Shown here one piece after another: positions 46,373 through 56,245 of a DNA stretch of 64,000 bases; within the stretch, counting starts at the first letter, position 1, and each line of letters opens with the position of its first letter. Source of the stretch: Nitrosomonadales bacterium. GTDB lineage: Bacteria > Pseudomonadota > Gammaproteobacteria > Burkholderiales > Methylophilaceae. The DNA lies in assembly GCA_038110565.1 (NCBI GenBank), contig JAYNJX010000003.1, forward strand, positions 13,325 to 77,324. Direction: 5' to 3'. The notes beneath the pieces were generated by a model. It saw only the letters and a list, made by a program, of their open reading frames with translations, did no database searches and was not told the origin of the DNA. A program made the translations under genes and the position numbers.

Positions 46373-48095
46373 TATTATCTATAGCCTGCTCGTCATTTTT
46401 AATTCCAAACTTACTTAAATCTTCATCATTAGGTATGTCGTATAGTTTTAATGCATCTTTTATAACCATCTTGAAAACCGGTCCAGCAACAATTCCCCCG
46501 TAATGACTTATTGCTTTAGGGTTATCAATTACTACCGCCATAATAAATTTAGGATTTTTTGCAGGTGCTAATCCTACAAAAGAAGAATAATATCCAGCAT
46601 CATAACTACCATTCAAATATTTATGAGCCGTACCTGTTTTTCCAGCAACCACATACCCAGGTATTTTGATTCCGTTTCCAGTTCCCCCTTTTTCATGCAC
46701 CACTGAAACAAGATCCCCAAGAATCAAATTCGTAGTTTTCTCCGAAAATACTTTTTCAGATTTACTTTCATTATTATCTCTAATTAATTTAGGTTTAATC
46801 ATATTGCCATTATTTGCGAATACCGAATAAGCTTGAGCAAGCTGAAGAACATTTACATTTATTGAATATCCATAATTAATCCTGTAATGATCAGACTCCA
46901 TCCACTTATCATATGTTCTTAGAAAACCAGATGACTCGCCTGGGAGTTTTATATCTATTTTTTTTCCAAAACCTAATTTGTCATAATAAGACCATAACTT
47001 TTCAGGTTCCACTCTATAGCCAATTTTAGAGGCTCCTACATTAGATGAATATTTTATTACCTCTCTCACTGAATATGATTCATGCGGATGATCATCTCTT
47101 ATTTTTTTACCACTCACTTCAATAAATCCACCGGGTGTAAATATTACCTCATTATGATCAAGTTTTTTTGTTTCAAGAGCCGCGCTGAGAGCGAACGGTT
47201 TCATTGTAGATCCAGGTTCAAAAACATCTAACAATACTCTGTTTTTCATAAATTCATAATTTTTAACACTTGAATTAGGGTTATAAGATGGATAATTTGT
47301 CATAGCTAATATTTCTCCACTTTTTGCATCAATTAATACCGCAGAGCCGGAATCAGCGTCATGTTTCTCTACCTGGTTCATAAGCGCTTGATATGTCTGG
47401 TGCTGAAGCCTCCTATCAATTGTTATTTGAATATCAGCCCCATCTTTTGCAAGTTTAATATCGCTTAAATCATCAACAATTCTTTTTTTACCATCAACTA
47501 AAACCTTTTTGTATCCTTGCTCTCCCGATAACAAATTATCAAATTGCTTTTCCAACCCCTCACTTCCCTTGCCATCAATATTCATTCTCCCTATGATATG
47601 GGCAGCACTTTCTCTTGCAGGGTAAAACCTTTTATAATTTTTTTCTAAAACTACACCAGATATTTTCAGACTATTAATTTCCTTAGCCTGTTCTGCGGGG
47701 ATAGTTCTTTTTAAATAAAAAAATTTATTTTTATTATTATTTTCTATTTGGATAATTTCTTTTTTAGGAATATTAAGGATTTTGGCTAGCTGTTCATACT
47801 TTTGACCTTCATTTTTAATATCTCTATATTTATTTATTCCAAGATCATATGAAAGAATACTTACAGCAAGTAGTTCATTATTTCTATCAAATATTTTCCC
47901 CCGGTATGATTGAAGAATCTCATTACGAACACTTAGATTATTTCCTCTATTTTGCAAATTTTCTTTTTCATCATAAAGCAAATAACCTGCCTTAAAAAAT
48001 AATCCTACAAACATCACCACAAAAATTGATAATAATATTCTTCTCCTTACAGAAGAAAGTTCAAAAATATCGCTCTGGTGATTAAATTGTTTCAT
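46356..48095 (-). CDS. ftsI: Penicillin-binding protein 3 FtsI
   Basis: N-terminal TM, STMK, SSN and KTG transpeptidase motifs. Confidence 0.95.
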   Translation of the reverse strand: MKQFNHQSDIFELSSVRRRILLSIFVVMFVGLFFKAGYLLYDEKENLQNRGNNLSVRNEILQSYRGKIFDRNNELLAVSILSYDLGINKYRDIKNEGQKYEQLAKILNIPKKEIIQIENNNKNKFFYLKRTIPAEQAKEINSLKISGVVLEKNYKRFYPARESAAHIIGRMNIDGKGSEGLEKQFDNLLSGEQGYKKVLVDGKKRIVDDLSDIKLAKDGADIQITIDRRLQHQTYQALMNQVEKHDADSGSAVLIDAKSGEILAMTNYPSYNPNSSVKNYEFMKNRVLLDVFEPGSTMKPFALSAALETKKLDHNEVIFTPGGFIEVSGKKIRDDHPHESYSVREVIKYSSNVGASKIGYRVEPEKLWSYYDKLGFGKKIDIKLPGESSGFLRTYDKWMESDHYRINYGYSINVNVLQLAQAYSVFANNGNMIKPKLIRDNNESKSEKVFSEKTTNLILGDLVSVVHEKGGTGNGIKIPGYVVAGKTGTAHKYLNGSYDAGYYSSFVGLAPAKNPKFIMAVVIDNPKAISHYGGIVAGPVFKMVIKDALKLYDIPNDEDLSKFGIKNDEQAIDNSEQII

Positions 48096-48352
48096 TCGTT
48101 TTTAATTGTTTTTATTTTTTTTGAATCTGGCTCAATCATATTTAATTTACTTTTAGCAAAATCCTCTACTCTGATATCCCCTGATTGATCTGACATCTCC
48201 AGATCTAACTTATTTTTTTCCTCCCTAAGTTCTATTTCAGCCTTCTTTTCGTCATCCAAACTATTAAAACTTTTTCTATAAACATGTTCTGAATTAACTT
48301 TCAATAATGCAAAAATAATTAGCACTAGAAAAAGTATTAAGTTAAGTTTCAT
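48092..48352 (-). CDS. ftsL: Cell division protein FtsL
   Basis: Short TM plus coiled coil ending AKSKLNM; located between rsmH and ftsI. Confidence 0.85.
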   Translation of the reverse strand: MKLNLILFLVLIIFALLKVNSEHVYRKSFNSLDDEKKAEIELREEKNKLDLEMSDQSGDIRVEDFAKSKLNMIEPDSKKIKTIKNE

Positions 48353-49273
48353 TTATTTTTTCTATTACCCTGAGCCTTGCGCTTCTTGATCTTAAGTTTT
48401 TTGTTATTTCATCCTCTTTTGCTGACACAGATAAAATATTTTTTGCATAAATATCTTTTATGATTTCATGATCTTTTATGGGAATATTTTTTGGGATTTT
48501 TGCCCCAGAAGGTGAACATACTTTTTTAAAAAAATTTTTTACAATTCGATCTTCCAGAGAGTGAAAAGTTAAAATACCTAACCTTCCCCCTACTTCCAAT
48601 GCATCGAATAGCATTGGTAAAGATTCCTCAAGTTGTTTAAGTTCGTCATTTACTTCTATACGAATAGCTTGAAAGATTTTTGTTGCTGGATTTTTTTTAT
48701 GGAACTTCGCAGGTATTGCCTCTTTTGCAATCTCAGCTAATTGTTTTGTGGTTTCAATTTCTTTAATTTCTTTGTATTTTGAAATTAATTTTGCTATTTT
48801 TTTTGCAAATCTTTCTTCCCCATATTCTTTAAAGATCTTCACCAAATTTTCTTCAGAATAATTATTCACTACAAATCTAGCATCCAACTCTTGCATTCGA
48901 TTCATTCTCATATCAAGTGGGCCATCTTTTTGAAAGCTAAATCCTCTTTCTGCATCATCAAGCTGGGGAGAAGATACACCGAGGTCCATAAAAATTCCTG
49001 AAAAAAAGTTTTTTTTTTAAAGTTTTTAATAAATTCAAAATAAGAATTATGGTTTAAATTTAATCTTGGATCTTTTAATTCTTTTGCATGTTCAATTGCA
49101 CTTAAATCCTGATCGACTATGAAAACTTGGGCTTCCTTATCGATATTGTTCAATAAAATATCAACATGGCCACCTCTCCCGTATGTGCAATCTAGATAAT
49201 TTCCTTTATTTTTTACAATGCAATATTCTTTAAATTCTTCGGGCATCACTGGCAAATGAGAAAGCTTGTTCAT
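48342..49273 (-). pseudogene. rsmH: 16S rRNA m4C1402 methyltransferase RsmH, split by a frameshift in an A10-C-T7 tract (may be a sequencing artefact)
   Basis: The 5' ORF has HLPVM and DCTYGRGGH; the 3' ORF has DLGVSSPQLD, FHSLEDR and RSRSARLR. The span is 932 nt, and one extra base restores a 310-aa frame. Confidence 0.9.
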
Positions 49274-49713
49274 AAGGTAAATCCTTCTAATTCTGGATCA
49301 TTGAAGTCTAGATTTTGCTTCAAACCCCCAAGAATAAATTTATTCCATAACTCTTTATCCCACAGCTCATAGTGACCACCTTGGCCAACAAAAATACACT
49401 CATGTTTTATTTGTGAAAAATATTTTAATGTTTGTGAAATTAAAATCCGTCCAGAACTATCCATCTGAACCTCATCGGCATAACCAACCAAAAGTCTCTG
49501 TAGTACATTGCTTTTTTTATTAAAGCTAGAGAGAGCCATAATCCTCTTCTCAACGGGAAGCCAATCTTTTATTTTGTATAACAAGAGGCACTTATCGGGA
49601 TGGGCTGTCAAGATCATCGATGTTTTTGGAGAGAGCTTTTCTCTTATTTTTTTTGGCACAGCAAGTCTATTCTTTTCATCTAAATTTGCTAAATGTGTAC
49701 CTCTGTATGTCAT
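49270..49713 (-). CDS. mraZ: Division/cell wall cluster regulator MraZ
   Basis: Two DxxxR repeats (LDEKNRL, MDSSGRI). Start set at ATG 49713 because the track's GTG 49746 lies inside the operator repeats. Confidence 0.95.
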   Translation of the reverse strand: MTYRGTHLANLDEKNRLAVPKKIREKLSPKTSMILTAHPDKCLLLYKIKDWLPVEKRIMALSSFNKKSNVLQRLLVGYADEVQMDSSGRILISQTLKYFSQIKHECIFVGQGGHYELWDKELWNKFILGGLKQNLDFNDPELEGFTL

Positions 49714-49740
49714 ATTTTTTTTGTAGCTTAAAGTTTTATT

Positions 49741-49770
49741 TCCCACTTATTACCACTTTTTCCCTTTTTA
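49741..49770 (-). promoter_or_regulatory. MraZ-binding direct repeats
   Basis: Three 10-bp-phased units on the minus strand: TAAAAAGGGA / AAAAGTGGTA / ATAAGTGGGA, matching known GTGG(G) MraZ boxes. Confidence 0.8.
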
Positions 49771-49774
49771 TGAC

Positions 49775-49803
49775 ACTATAGGCAAAAAAAAAGTGCTATG
49801 CAA
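49775..49803 (-). promoter_or_regulatory. Sigma70 promoter of the dcw operon
   Basis: TTGCAT-17 nt-TATAGT directly upstream of the MraZ boxes. Confidence 0.75.
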
Positions 49804-49814
49804 GCACTTTTTTT
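49784..49814 (-). terminator. Intrinsic terminator of rnpB
   Basis: A9-GTGCT-atgca-AGCAC-T7 on the plus strand, which reads as a hairpin plus U9 on the minus strand, about 10 nt after rnpB. Confidence 0.8.
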
Positions 49815-49823
49815 AATTAACTC

Positions 49824-50107
49824 AATAAGTTAGCCTATAAGCCGGGTTCTGTTAAAGACAATTATTCATCTGGTTTTACAATTACTTGCAAAATCATGCG
49901 GCTTACCCGGTAATAGTGCGAGCAGCACTGTTATTACCCTATTTAGCCTTGCTCCAGGTGGAGGTTACCGCGTTTCACCGTAACTTAATACGCTCGTCTC
50001 TGTGGCCCTATTCCTCATTTCACAATGGATGGCTGTTAGCCATCACCCTGCTCTGTGGAGCCCGGACTTTCCTCTATAAAATATAGCAATTGTCCAGCTA
50101 ACTTATT
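49824..50107 (-). ncRNA. rnpB: RNase P RNA (type A, compact, about 284 nt)
   Basis: Minus strand has GAGGAAAGTCCGGGCTC near the 5' end and ACAGAACCCGGCTTAT near the 3' end; the termini AATAAGTTAGC/GCTAACTTATT pair as P1. Confidence 0.96.
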
Positions 50108-50111
50108 GATA

Positions 50112-50140
50112 ATTATAAGGATTTATTCTTTATTTGCCAA
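50112..50140 (-). promoter_or_regulatory. Sigma70 promoter for rnpB embedded in the pyrC 3' end
   Basis: TTGGCA-17 nt-TATAAT. The -10 contains the pyrC stop TAA, and the predicted start falls at the rnpB P1 helix. Confidence 0.75.
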
Positions 50141-51153
50141 TTTATTTTTTCACCTGCCATAAAGGGAACTATCGTTTGGGTACCAACTCCAAATTCAGTT
50201 GGTATTAAATATTCTTTTCTTTCCAAGACTATCGTTGTTTTTGGCTTCTCCAAATTGTAGAATTTGCAACTATTTAAAGTAGTAAATTTTTCCAAGCTTT
50301 CTAATTTGCCAAGCTCTTCAAATTTTGCTACATATAATTCTAATGCTGTGTGTGCAGAAAAAATCCCCGCACAACCACAATTACTCTCTTTATCTTTTTT
50401 AAAATGTGGTGCGCTATCTGTTCCCAAAAAAAACTTCTCACTTCCAGAAACTGCTGCCTTACAAACCGCGTCACGGTGTTCTTCTCTTTTTAATATTGGC
50501 AAACAATAGTTATGCGGTTTAATTCCCCCGGATAAAAGATCGTTACGATTTAGCATCATATGCTGAGGCGTTATGGTTGCAGCAATCTTATCAGAACTGT
50601 CATTTACAAAAGAAACAGCCTCTTTTGTGGAAATATGCTCAAAAACAATTCTTAATGCAGGAAATTTTCTTACCACTAAATCCAGGTCATCAATAAAATA
50701 TTTTTCACGATCAAATATATCAAGATTTTTACGAGTAGACTCTCCGTGAACCTGAAGCGGTAAATCGAATCGCTCAAGTTTTTCTAAAATCTGATAAATA
50801 TCTTCAAGTCCATTTATATTTGATTTTGAGTTCGTTGTAACTCCATTTGGATATAGTTTCACACCTGCAACTCTTGGGTCTTTTGACGCCTCTTCAACAT
50901 CTTCTTTTGTTAAATTTACATTTAAAAATAAAGTTACTAAAGGATAAAAGTCTGCATGCTTATTTACTGAAACTATCCTCTCATGATAATTGATAGCATC
51001 CTTAAATGACAAAATAGGCGGTGATAAATTTGGCATTGCAATTACATAATTAAAGTTTTTACTACTTTCATTAACTGTAAAAGATAACTGTTCTCCATCC
51101 CGAAAGTGAACATGCATATCGTTAGGTCTTAGAATTTTGATTTCTTTAAACAT
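50113..51153 (-). CDS. pyrC: Dihydroorotase (homodimeric type)
   Basis: DMHVHFRD, MPNL, KLYP, EHIS, GTDSAPH. Confidence 0.97.
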   Translation of the reverse strand: MFKEIKILRPNDMHVHFRDGEQLSFTVNESSKNFNYVIAMPNLSPPILSFKDAINYHERIVSVNKHADFYPLVTLFLNVNLTKEDVEEASKDPRVAGVKLYPNGVTTNSKSNINGLEDIYQILEKLERFDLPLQVHGESTRKNLDIFDREKYFIDDLDLVVRKFPALRIVFEHISTKEAVSFVNDSSDKIAATITPQHMMLNRNDLLSGGIKPHNYCLPILKREEHRDAVCKAAVSGSEKFFLGTDSAPHFKKDKESNCGCAGIFSAHTALELYVAKFEELGKLESLEKFTTLNSCKFYNLEKPKTTIVLERKEYLIPTEFGVGTQTIVPFMAGEKINWQIKNKSL

Positions 51154-51985
51154 TTTTTTTTAAATCTAACCCTTGTTTGTATAATTCATCTTTATTACAA
51201 TTAAATATCTCAGCAACAATCTTAACTGCCTTACTAAGCGGTAAATATAAAATAAGCTCTCCTAAAAATTTATTAGCATCTGCTGAAATCTCATTACCCA
51301 AAGACATGTACTTCTCTATTATAACCACGAACTCACCCTTTAGCTCTTCATGATGTGCTTGAAAATATTTAATGTGATTTTTAATATCTTCAAAATATAA
51401 AGACTCATACATTTTTGTTAATTCTCTAGCAATAAAAACTTTATGGGCACTTCCGAAGACTTCTTCGATTGCATTAAGTAACTCTAATACTCTTTTTGGA
51501 GACTCAAAAATTACTGCCATTATATTTTTATTTTTTATCTCATTTAATTTCAAATGTAATTGTTTTCTTTTGGGGGGTAGAAAAGAAAAAAAAGCAAAAG
51601 AGCTTTCGTTAAATCCTGAAACTGAAACTGATGAAGTTACAGCAGAAACTCCTGGAATTGGCGAAACTTGAATTTTATTTTTATGACAAAGTGTAACTAA
51701 GATCGAACCAGGATCACTAATTCCAGGGGTTCCTGCATCGCTCAAGTAGGCTACATTGCTTCCATTTTTTATAATTTCTATAATTTTTTCTGACTTCGCA
51801 GATTCATTATGTTGGTGAATCGATTCTGTTTTTTTTTCTATTTGATAATGATGCAATAGTTTTTTTGTATGCCGTGTATCTTCACAAGCAATAAGATCCA
51901 CTGCTTTTAAAGTTTCAATTGCTCTATAAGTTATATCCTTTAGATTTCCAATTGGCGTACTAACTATAAATAAAATTCCAGCCAT
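51146..51985 (-). CDS. rsmI: 16S rRNA C1402 2'-O-methyltransferase RsmI
   Basis: TPIGNLKD, CEDTR, SDAGTPGISDPG, RELTK. Confidence 0.96.
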   Translation of the reverse strand: MAGILFIVSTPIGNLKDITYRAIETLKAVDLIACEDTRHTKKLLHHYQIEKKTESIHQHNESAKSEKIIEIIKNGSNVAYLSDAGTPGISDPGSILVTLCHKNKIQVSPIPGVSAVTSSVSVSGFNESSFAFFSFLPPKRKQLHLKLNEIKNKNIMAVIFESPKRVLELLNAIEEVFGSAHKVFIARELTKMYESLYFEDIKNHIKYFQAHHEELKGEFVVIIEKYMSLGNEISADANKFLGELILYLPLSKAVKIVAEIFNCNKDELYKQGLDLKKNV

Positions 51986-52035
51986 AATTATTAATTCTAC
52001 CCAAAACTAGAAAGATCAAAGGTATACTATAACTT

Positions 52036-52611
52036 ATGAATTTAAGATTAATTTCAATTTTTATAATGATATTTTTTATTACTGGCTGTGCACCAACTGG
52101 CATAGTGGGCATTCCCACATCAATTGCTGACAGAAGAACTGCTGGGGTTCAATTGGAGGATGAGAGCATAGAATTGAAAGCACTTTATGAAATTAATCAA
52201 ATTCAGGGAGAAATGCATACTAATGTTCTCAGTTACAACAAAAATGTATATATTCTAGGTGAAGTCTCAAGTGAGGAACTAAAAACTCAGATAGAAGAGA
52301 AAATTTCATCAATAAAAGAAATTAAAAGTATTACTAACGAATTATTAGTAGGAAAAAATAGCACAATAAAATCAAGAGCTAAAGATGTTGCAATTACAAC
52401 AAATGTAAAAGCACTTTTAGTCAAGGATGAAAAAAAATCAAATTTATCTGCACTCCATGTAAAAGTTATTACTGAGAGACAAATCGTTTATTTATTTGGA
52501 CTACTAAATACTAACGAAGCGGCTGAGGCTGAAAAAATATCGAAAAGAGCAAAAGGTATAATTAGCGTTAAATCGTTTTTTGAAATAGATGACTCTCTAA
52601 AAAATAATTGA
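52036..52611 (+). CDS. Dual BON-domain lipoprotein (DolP/YraP-like)
   Basis: Lipobox ITGC, DRRTAG, two BON repeats (D..IT.....L, VYLFG). Confidence 0.85.
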   Translation: MNLRLISIFIMIFFITGCAPTGIVGIPTSIADRRTAGVQLEDESIELKALYEINQIQGEMHTNVLSYNKNVYILGEVSSEELKTQIEEKISSIKEIKSITNELLVGKNSTIKSRAKDVAITTNVKALLVKDEKKSNLSALHVKVITERQIVYLFGLLNTNEAAEAEKISKRAKGIISVKSFFEIDDSLKNN

Positions 52612-52635
52612 TTTAATTTATAGATTGATTATAAT
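52608..52635 (+). promoter_or_regulatory. Putative sigma70 promoter for trxA-rho
   Basis: TTGATT-16 nt-TATAAT. Confidence 0.45.
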
Positions 52636-52707
52636 AATCACAAAATCCCGATAAAAATCTTAGCCAAACAAAAATTAATTTTCTTTTTTAATCCTACAAT
52701 AAACACT

Positions 52708-53031
52708 ATGAGTAATATTATTAATATATCTGACAACACATTCGAAAATGAAGTTTTAAACTCTTCATTACCAGTTTTGCTTGATTATTGGGCAGAATGG
52801 TGTGGTCCATGTAAAATGATCGCACCCATCCTAGAAGAGATATCAACTGACTATGCTGGTAAATTAAAGATTGCAAAAATAAACATAGACGACAATCCTG
52901 CTACACCAGCTAAATTTGGAGTCAGAGGAATTCCAACATTAATGATTTTTATTAATGGAAATATAGAGGGTACTAAAGTAGGGGCTTTATCAAAATCACA
53001 ATTATCAGCCTTTATTGATTCAACAATTTAA
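52708..53031 (+). CDS. trxA: Thioredoxin
   Basis: WAEWCGPCK; located upstream of rho. Confidence 0.97.
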   Translation: MSNIINISDNTFENEVLNSSLPVLLDYWAEWCGPCKMIAPILEEISTDYAGKLKIAKINIDDNPATPAKFGVRGIPTLMIFINGNIEGTKVGALSKSQLSAFIDSTI

Positions 53032-53032
53032 A

Positions 53033-54292
53033 ATGCATATATCAGAACTTAAACACTTACCCGTAACCGAATTAGTTAATCTTGCCGCAGAAAGTAATGT
53101 TGAAAATGCGGGAAGAATGAGAAAACAAGACCTTATTTTTGCAATTCTAAAAAACAAGGCAAAAAATGGAGATACTCTAACTGGAGATGGCACTTTAGAA
53201 GTCTTACCTGATGGTTTTGGATTTTTAAGATCGCCAGACACTTCTTATTTAGCAGGCCCAGATGATATTTATGTTTCGCCATCACAAATTCGACGTTTTA
53301 ATTTACATACTGGAGATTCAGTTTCAGGTGAAATTAGAACACCAAAAGACAGTGAAAGATATTTTGCTTTAGTTAAGGTTGAAAAAGTAAATGATGAAGC
53401 TCCTGAAAATACAAAAAATAAAATCTTATTTGAAAATCTAACGCCTCTTTTCCCAACACAACCCTTGAATCTTGAGAGAGATATTACTTCAGAAGAAAAT
53501 ATTACTGGTCGCGTTATAGATATGATTTCACCAATCGGCAAAGGTCAAAGGGGATTAATTGTTGCAAGCCCAAAAAGTGGTAAAACTGTAATGATGCAAA
53601 ATATCGCACATGCAATAACTGCAAATCATCCAGATGTTGAGTTAATAGTTCTTCTAATTGACGAACGCCCTGAAGAGGTTACAGAAATGGCAAGATCAGT
53701 TAAGGGTGAGGTAGTCGCCTCAACCTTTGATGAGCCAGCCTCAAGACATGTCCAAGTTGCAGAAATGGTAATCGAAAAAGCTAAAAGAATGGTAGAGCAT
53801 AAAAAAGATGTGGTAATCCTACTTGATTCAATTACTAGGCTAGCTAGAGCATACAATACTGTAATACCATCATCTGGCAAGGTGCTAACAGGTGGTGTAG
53901 ACGCAAACGCATTACAGAAACCAAAAAGATTCTTTGGTGCCGCTCGAAATACAGAAGAAAGTGGCTCTTTAACTATCCTTGCTACTGCATTAATAGATAC
54001 TGGATCAAAGATGGATGATGTTATCTACGAAGAATTTAAAGGTACAGGCAATATGGAAATACATTTAGATCGCCGAATGACTGAGAAAAGACTTTATCCA
54101 GCAATTAACGTCAATAAATCTGGTACAAGAAGAGAAGAACTGCTTATTCCGCAAGAAGTGCTTCAGAAGATTTGGATTCTTAGAAAACTGCTTTACCCTA
54201 TGGACGACATCGAAGCAATGGAATTTTTATTAGATAAATTGAAATCCACAAAGAATAATGAAAACTTCTTTGATAGCATGCGAAGGGGCTAA
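53033..54292 (+). CDS. rho: Transcription termination factor Rho
   Basis: [26 protein letters not shown]. Start set at ATG 53033 (MHISELK). Confidence 0.98.
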   Translation: MHISELKHLPVTELVNLAAESNVENAGRMRKQDLIFAILKNKAKNGDTLTGDGTLEVLPDGFGFLRSPDTSYLAGPDDIYVSPSQIRRFNLHTGDSVSGEIRTPKDSERYFALVKVEKVNDEAPENTKNKILFENLTPLFPTQPLNLERDITSEENITGRVIDMISPIGKGQRGLIVASPKSGKTVMMQNIAHAITANHPDVELIVLLIDERPEEVTEMARSVKGEVVASTFDEPASRHVQVAEMVIEKAKRMVEHKKDVVILLDSITRLARAYNTVIPSSGKVLTGGVDANALQKPKRFFGAARNTEESGSLTILATALIDTGSKMDDVIYEEFKGTGNMEIHLDRRMTEKRLYPAINVNKSGTRREELLIPQEVLQKIWILRKLLYPMDDIEAMEFLLDKLKSTKNNENFFDSMRRG

Positions 54293-54299
54293 TTATTAT

Positions 54300-54328
54300 T
54301 TGCATTTTAGTTAAAAATTCTAGATAAT
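54300..54328 (+). promoter_or_regulatory. Putative sigma70 promoter for rpmE
   Basis: TTGCAT-17 nt-GATAAT, 30 nt before the ATG. Confidence 0.55.
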
Positions 54329-54358
54329 TACGAATTATTTTTTAAAAGATATTAAATT

Positions 54359-54559
54359 ATGAAAAAAGATACGCACCCAAATTACCCAGAGATTAATGTT
54401 ACTTGTAGCTGTGGCAACAAGTTTACAACGAACTCTGTAGTAGCTAAAGATTTAAGCATCGAAGTATGCTCTCAGTGTCATCCCTTCTACACAGGTAAAC
54501 AAAAGATTGTAGATACTGCTGGTAGAGTTGAGAAATTCAAACAAAAATACGGTATGTAA
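54359..54559 (+). CDS. rpmE: 50S ribosomal protein L31 (Zn-binding form)
   Basis: MKKDTHP, CSC...[10 protein letters not shown]. Confidence 0.97.
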   Translation: MKKDTHPNYPEINVTCSCGNKFTTNSVVAKDLSIEVCSQCHPFYTGKQKIVDTAGRVEKFKQKYGM

Positions 54560-54573
54560 TTTAATTTTTAATT

Positions 54574-54603
54574 AAAAAAGGCAGCGACGCTGCCTTTTTT
54601 TTT
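54574..54603 (+). terminator. Intrinsic terminator after rpmE
   Basis: A6-GGCAGC-gac-GCTGCC-T9. Confidence 0.88.
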
Positions 54604-54619
54604 GTTTATTATTCTAGAT

Positions 54620-56245
54620 ATGAAATTCTTTATTGATCATGATTGGCAAGAAAATATGCAAACCCCAAATAAAAACCTTGGGGAAAGAACAAAAATTAAA
54701 TCTTTATTATTTTTATCAATAACCTATTTAATTTTTGGTCTGATAAATCACTCGCCTTGGAGACCTATTGAGACCCATTCATTTAGCATTCTCATTGATA
54801 TTATTTTTAACAAAAAAATACTAACCCCAATAGCCGCTACAGATCTCTTTTACTCTCACCCGCCTCTCTATGAAATGATTGGGGGTGCATTTACTCTTTT
54901 ATTTAATTTTTTAGATACTCACAATGCAGCACGAATAGGAAATATTTTTTGGGTTGGTCTAACTATGCTCTCAATTGGTTTATCAAATCGAGAACTTTGG
55001 GGTCATGGCTATGGCCGTCAGTCAAATCTAATTTTTATTTCATCTATTGGACTGGTATTAAATATTCACAGCTTTCATAATGAAATTGCCGTAATGACTG
55101 CTATGTCTCTTTTATTTTATGCTTTTACCTTGCATGTCAGAAGACCTTTTAGATCCTCAGTATTACTCGCTTTTGGATTAACGACTCTATTTTTAACGAT
55201 TGGCTTTTCAAGTTTATTCATTTTTTTTATTATTTGCTTATTACTCTTAACCTGTCCAAATTGGAGAAATTATAGATTTTTTATATTTTTACTAATTGGA
55301 TTTATAGCTGCGCTAATTCCCATAACTATGTGGAGTATATTAATTCACAACCAAGATCCAAATAAATTTTTTGCAGCCTTGAAAGCATTAAATAATTTTG
55401 ATATTAGCAAATTCCAATATTATTTACTAAACCTAACCTGGTTTGCTTGGCCTGCATTACCACTAGCAATTTTTGTTACAGTAAAAAATTACATGAACAT
55501 ATTGAGCTTTAGACGTTTCCAATTGCCTCTGGTTTTCTTAATAAGCTATTTAATTTTTTTATCAATCAACGGCCCAAACAACCAAATACATTTAATTACA
55601 TTTCTTCCATTTTTATCAATTATTGCAAGTGGGTCAATTGATCGCATGAATAGAACTTTTTCTAATTCGATTACTTGGTTTGGGATATTGATTTTTGGAT
55701 CTATGATATTTTTACTTCTTCTTGGCTGGTTTGTAATGATCTGCAAGTTGCCATACAGTCTATATGAAAGAATGTTTTATCTATCTGGCAACTATAATCT
55801 CGAAATAAATTTAATTAGCATCTCAATTTCTTCAATTATCTTATTTTTTTGGATCAAAAATACATTTACCTCAAAAATAACTAATCGCTCAGCTCTTACT
55901 CATTGGTCAATTAGTATTTTAACTGTATGGACGCTTATTTCTTTTCTTTGGTTTCCAATGATCGAAAATAGAAAAAATTATGGACAAGTCTTTGATCAAA
56001 TAAAGGACATACCAGAAATTAAATCATCCTGTATTAATCACTCAGAATTATCTGATGGGCATATTGAGTTAATTGATTTTTATACAAGAATAAGACTTCA
56101 AAATAATTATGACTGTAAATATTTAATAACTTACGTCAATCTTAATTCCGAAAAAGACTTGAATAGTTATTCAGAATATCAAATGCTATGGAATGCAAAA
56201 ATGCCATATGACAAAAAAAGTTTTGTTCTTTACCGTAAAAATTAA
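54620..56245 (+). CDS. ArnT/GT39-like integral membrane glycosyltransferase
   Basis: Multi-TM; HSPWRPIE, PPLY, WFAWPALPL. Such genes are found downstream of rpmE in betaproteobacteria. Start set at ATG 54620. Confidence 0.72.
   Translation: MKFFIDHDWQENMQTPNKNLGERTKIKSLLFLSITYLIFGLINHSPWRPIETHSFSILIDIIFNKKILTPIAATDLFYSHPPLYEMIGGAFTLLFNFLDTHNAARIGNIFWVGLTMLSIGLSNRELWGHGYGRQSNLIFISSIGLVLNIHSFHNEIAVMTAMSLLFYAFTLHVRRPFRSSVLLAFGLTTLFLTIGFSSLFIFFIICLLLLTCPNWRNYRFFIFLLIGFIAALIPITMWSILIHNQDPNKFFAALKALNNFDISKFQYYLLNLTWFAWPALPLAIFVTVKNYMNILSFRRFQLPLVFLISYLIFLSINGPNNQIHLITFLPFLSIIASGSIDRMNRTFSNSITWFGILIFGSMIFLLLLGWFVMICKLPYSLYERMFYLSGNYNLEINLISISISSIILFFWIKNTFTSKITNRSALTHWSISILTVWTLISFLWFPMIENRKNYGQVFDQIKDIPEIKSSCINHSELSDGHIELIDFYTRIRLQNNYDCKYLITYVNLNSEKDLNSYSEYQMLWNAKMPYDKKSFVLYRKN

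Noticed and set aside
49886-50086. 66-aa plus-strand ORF in the track
   Set aside because: It is antisense to RNase P RNA, so a shadow ORF.
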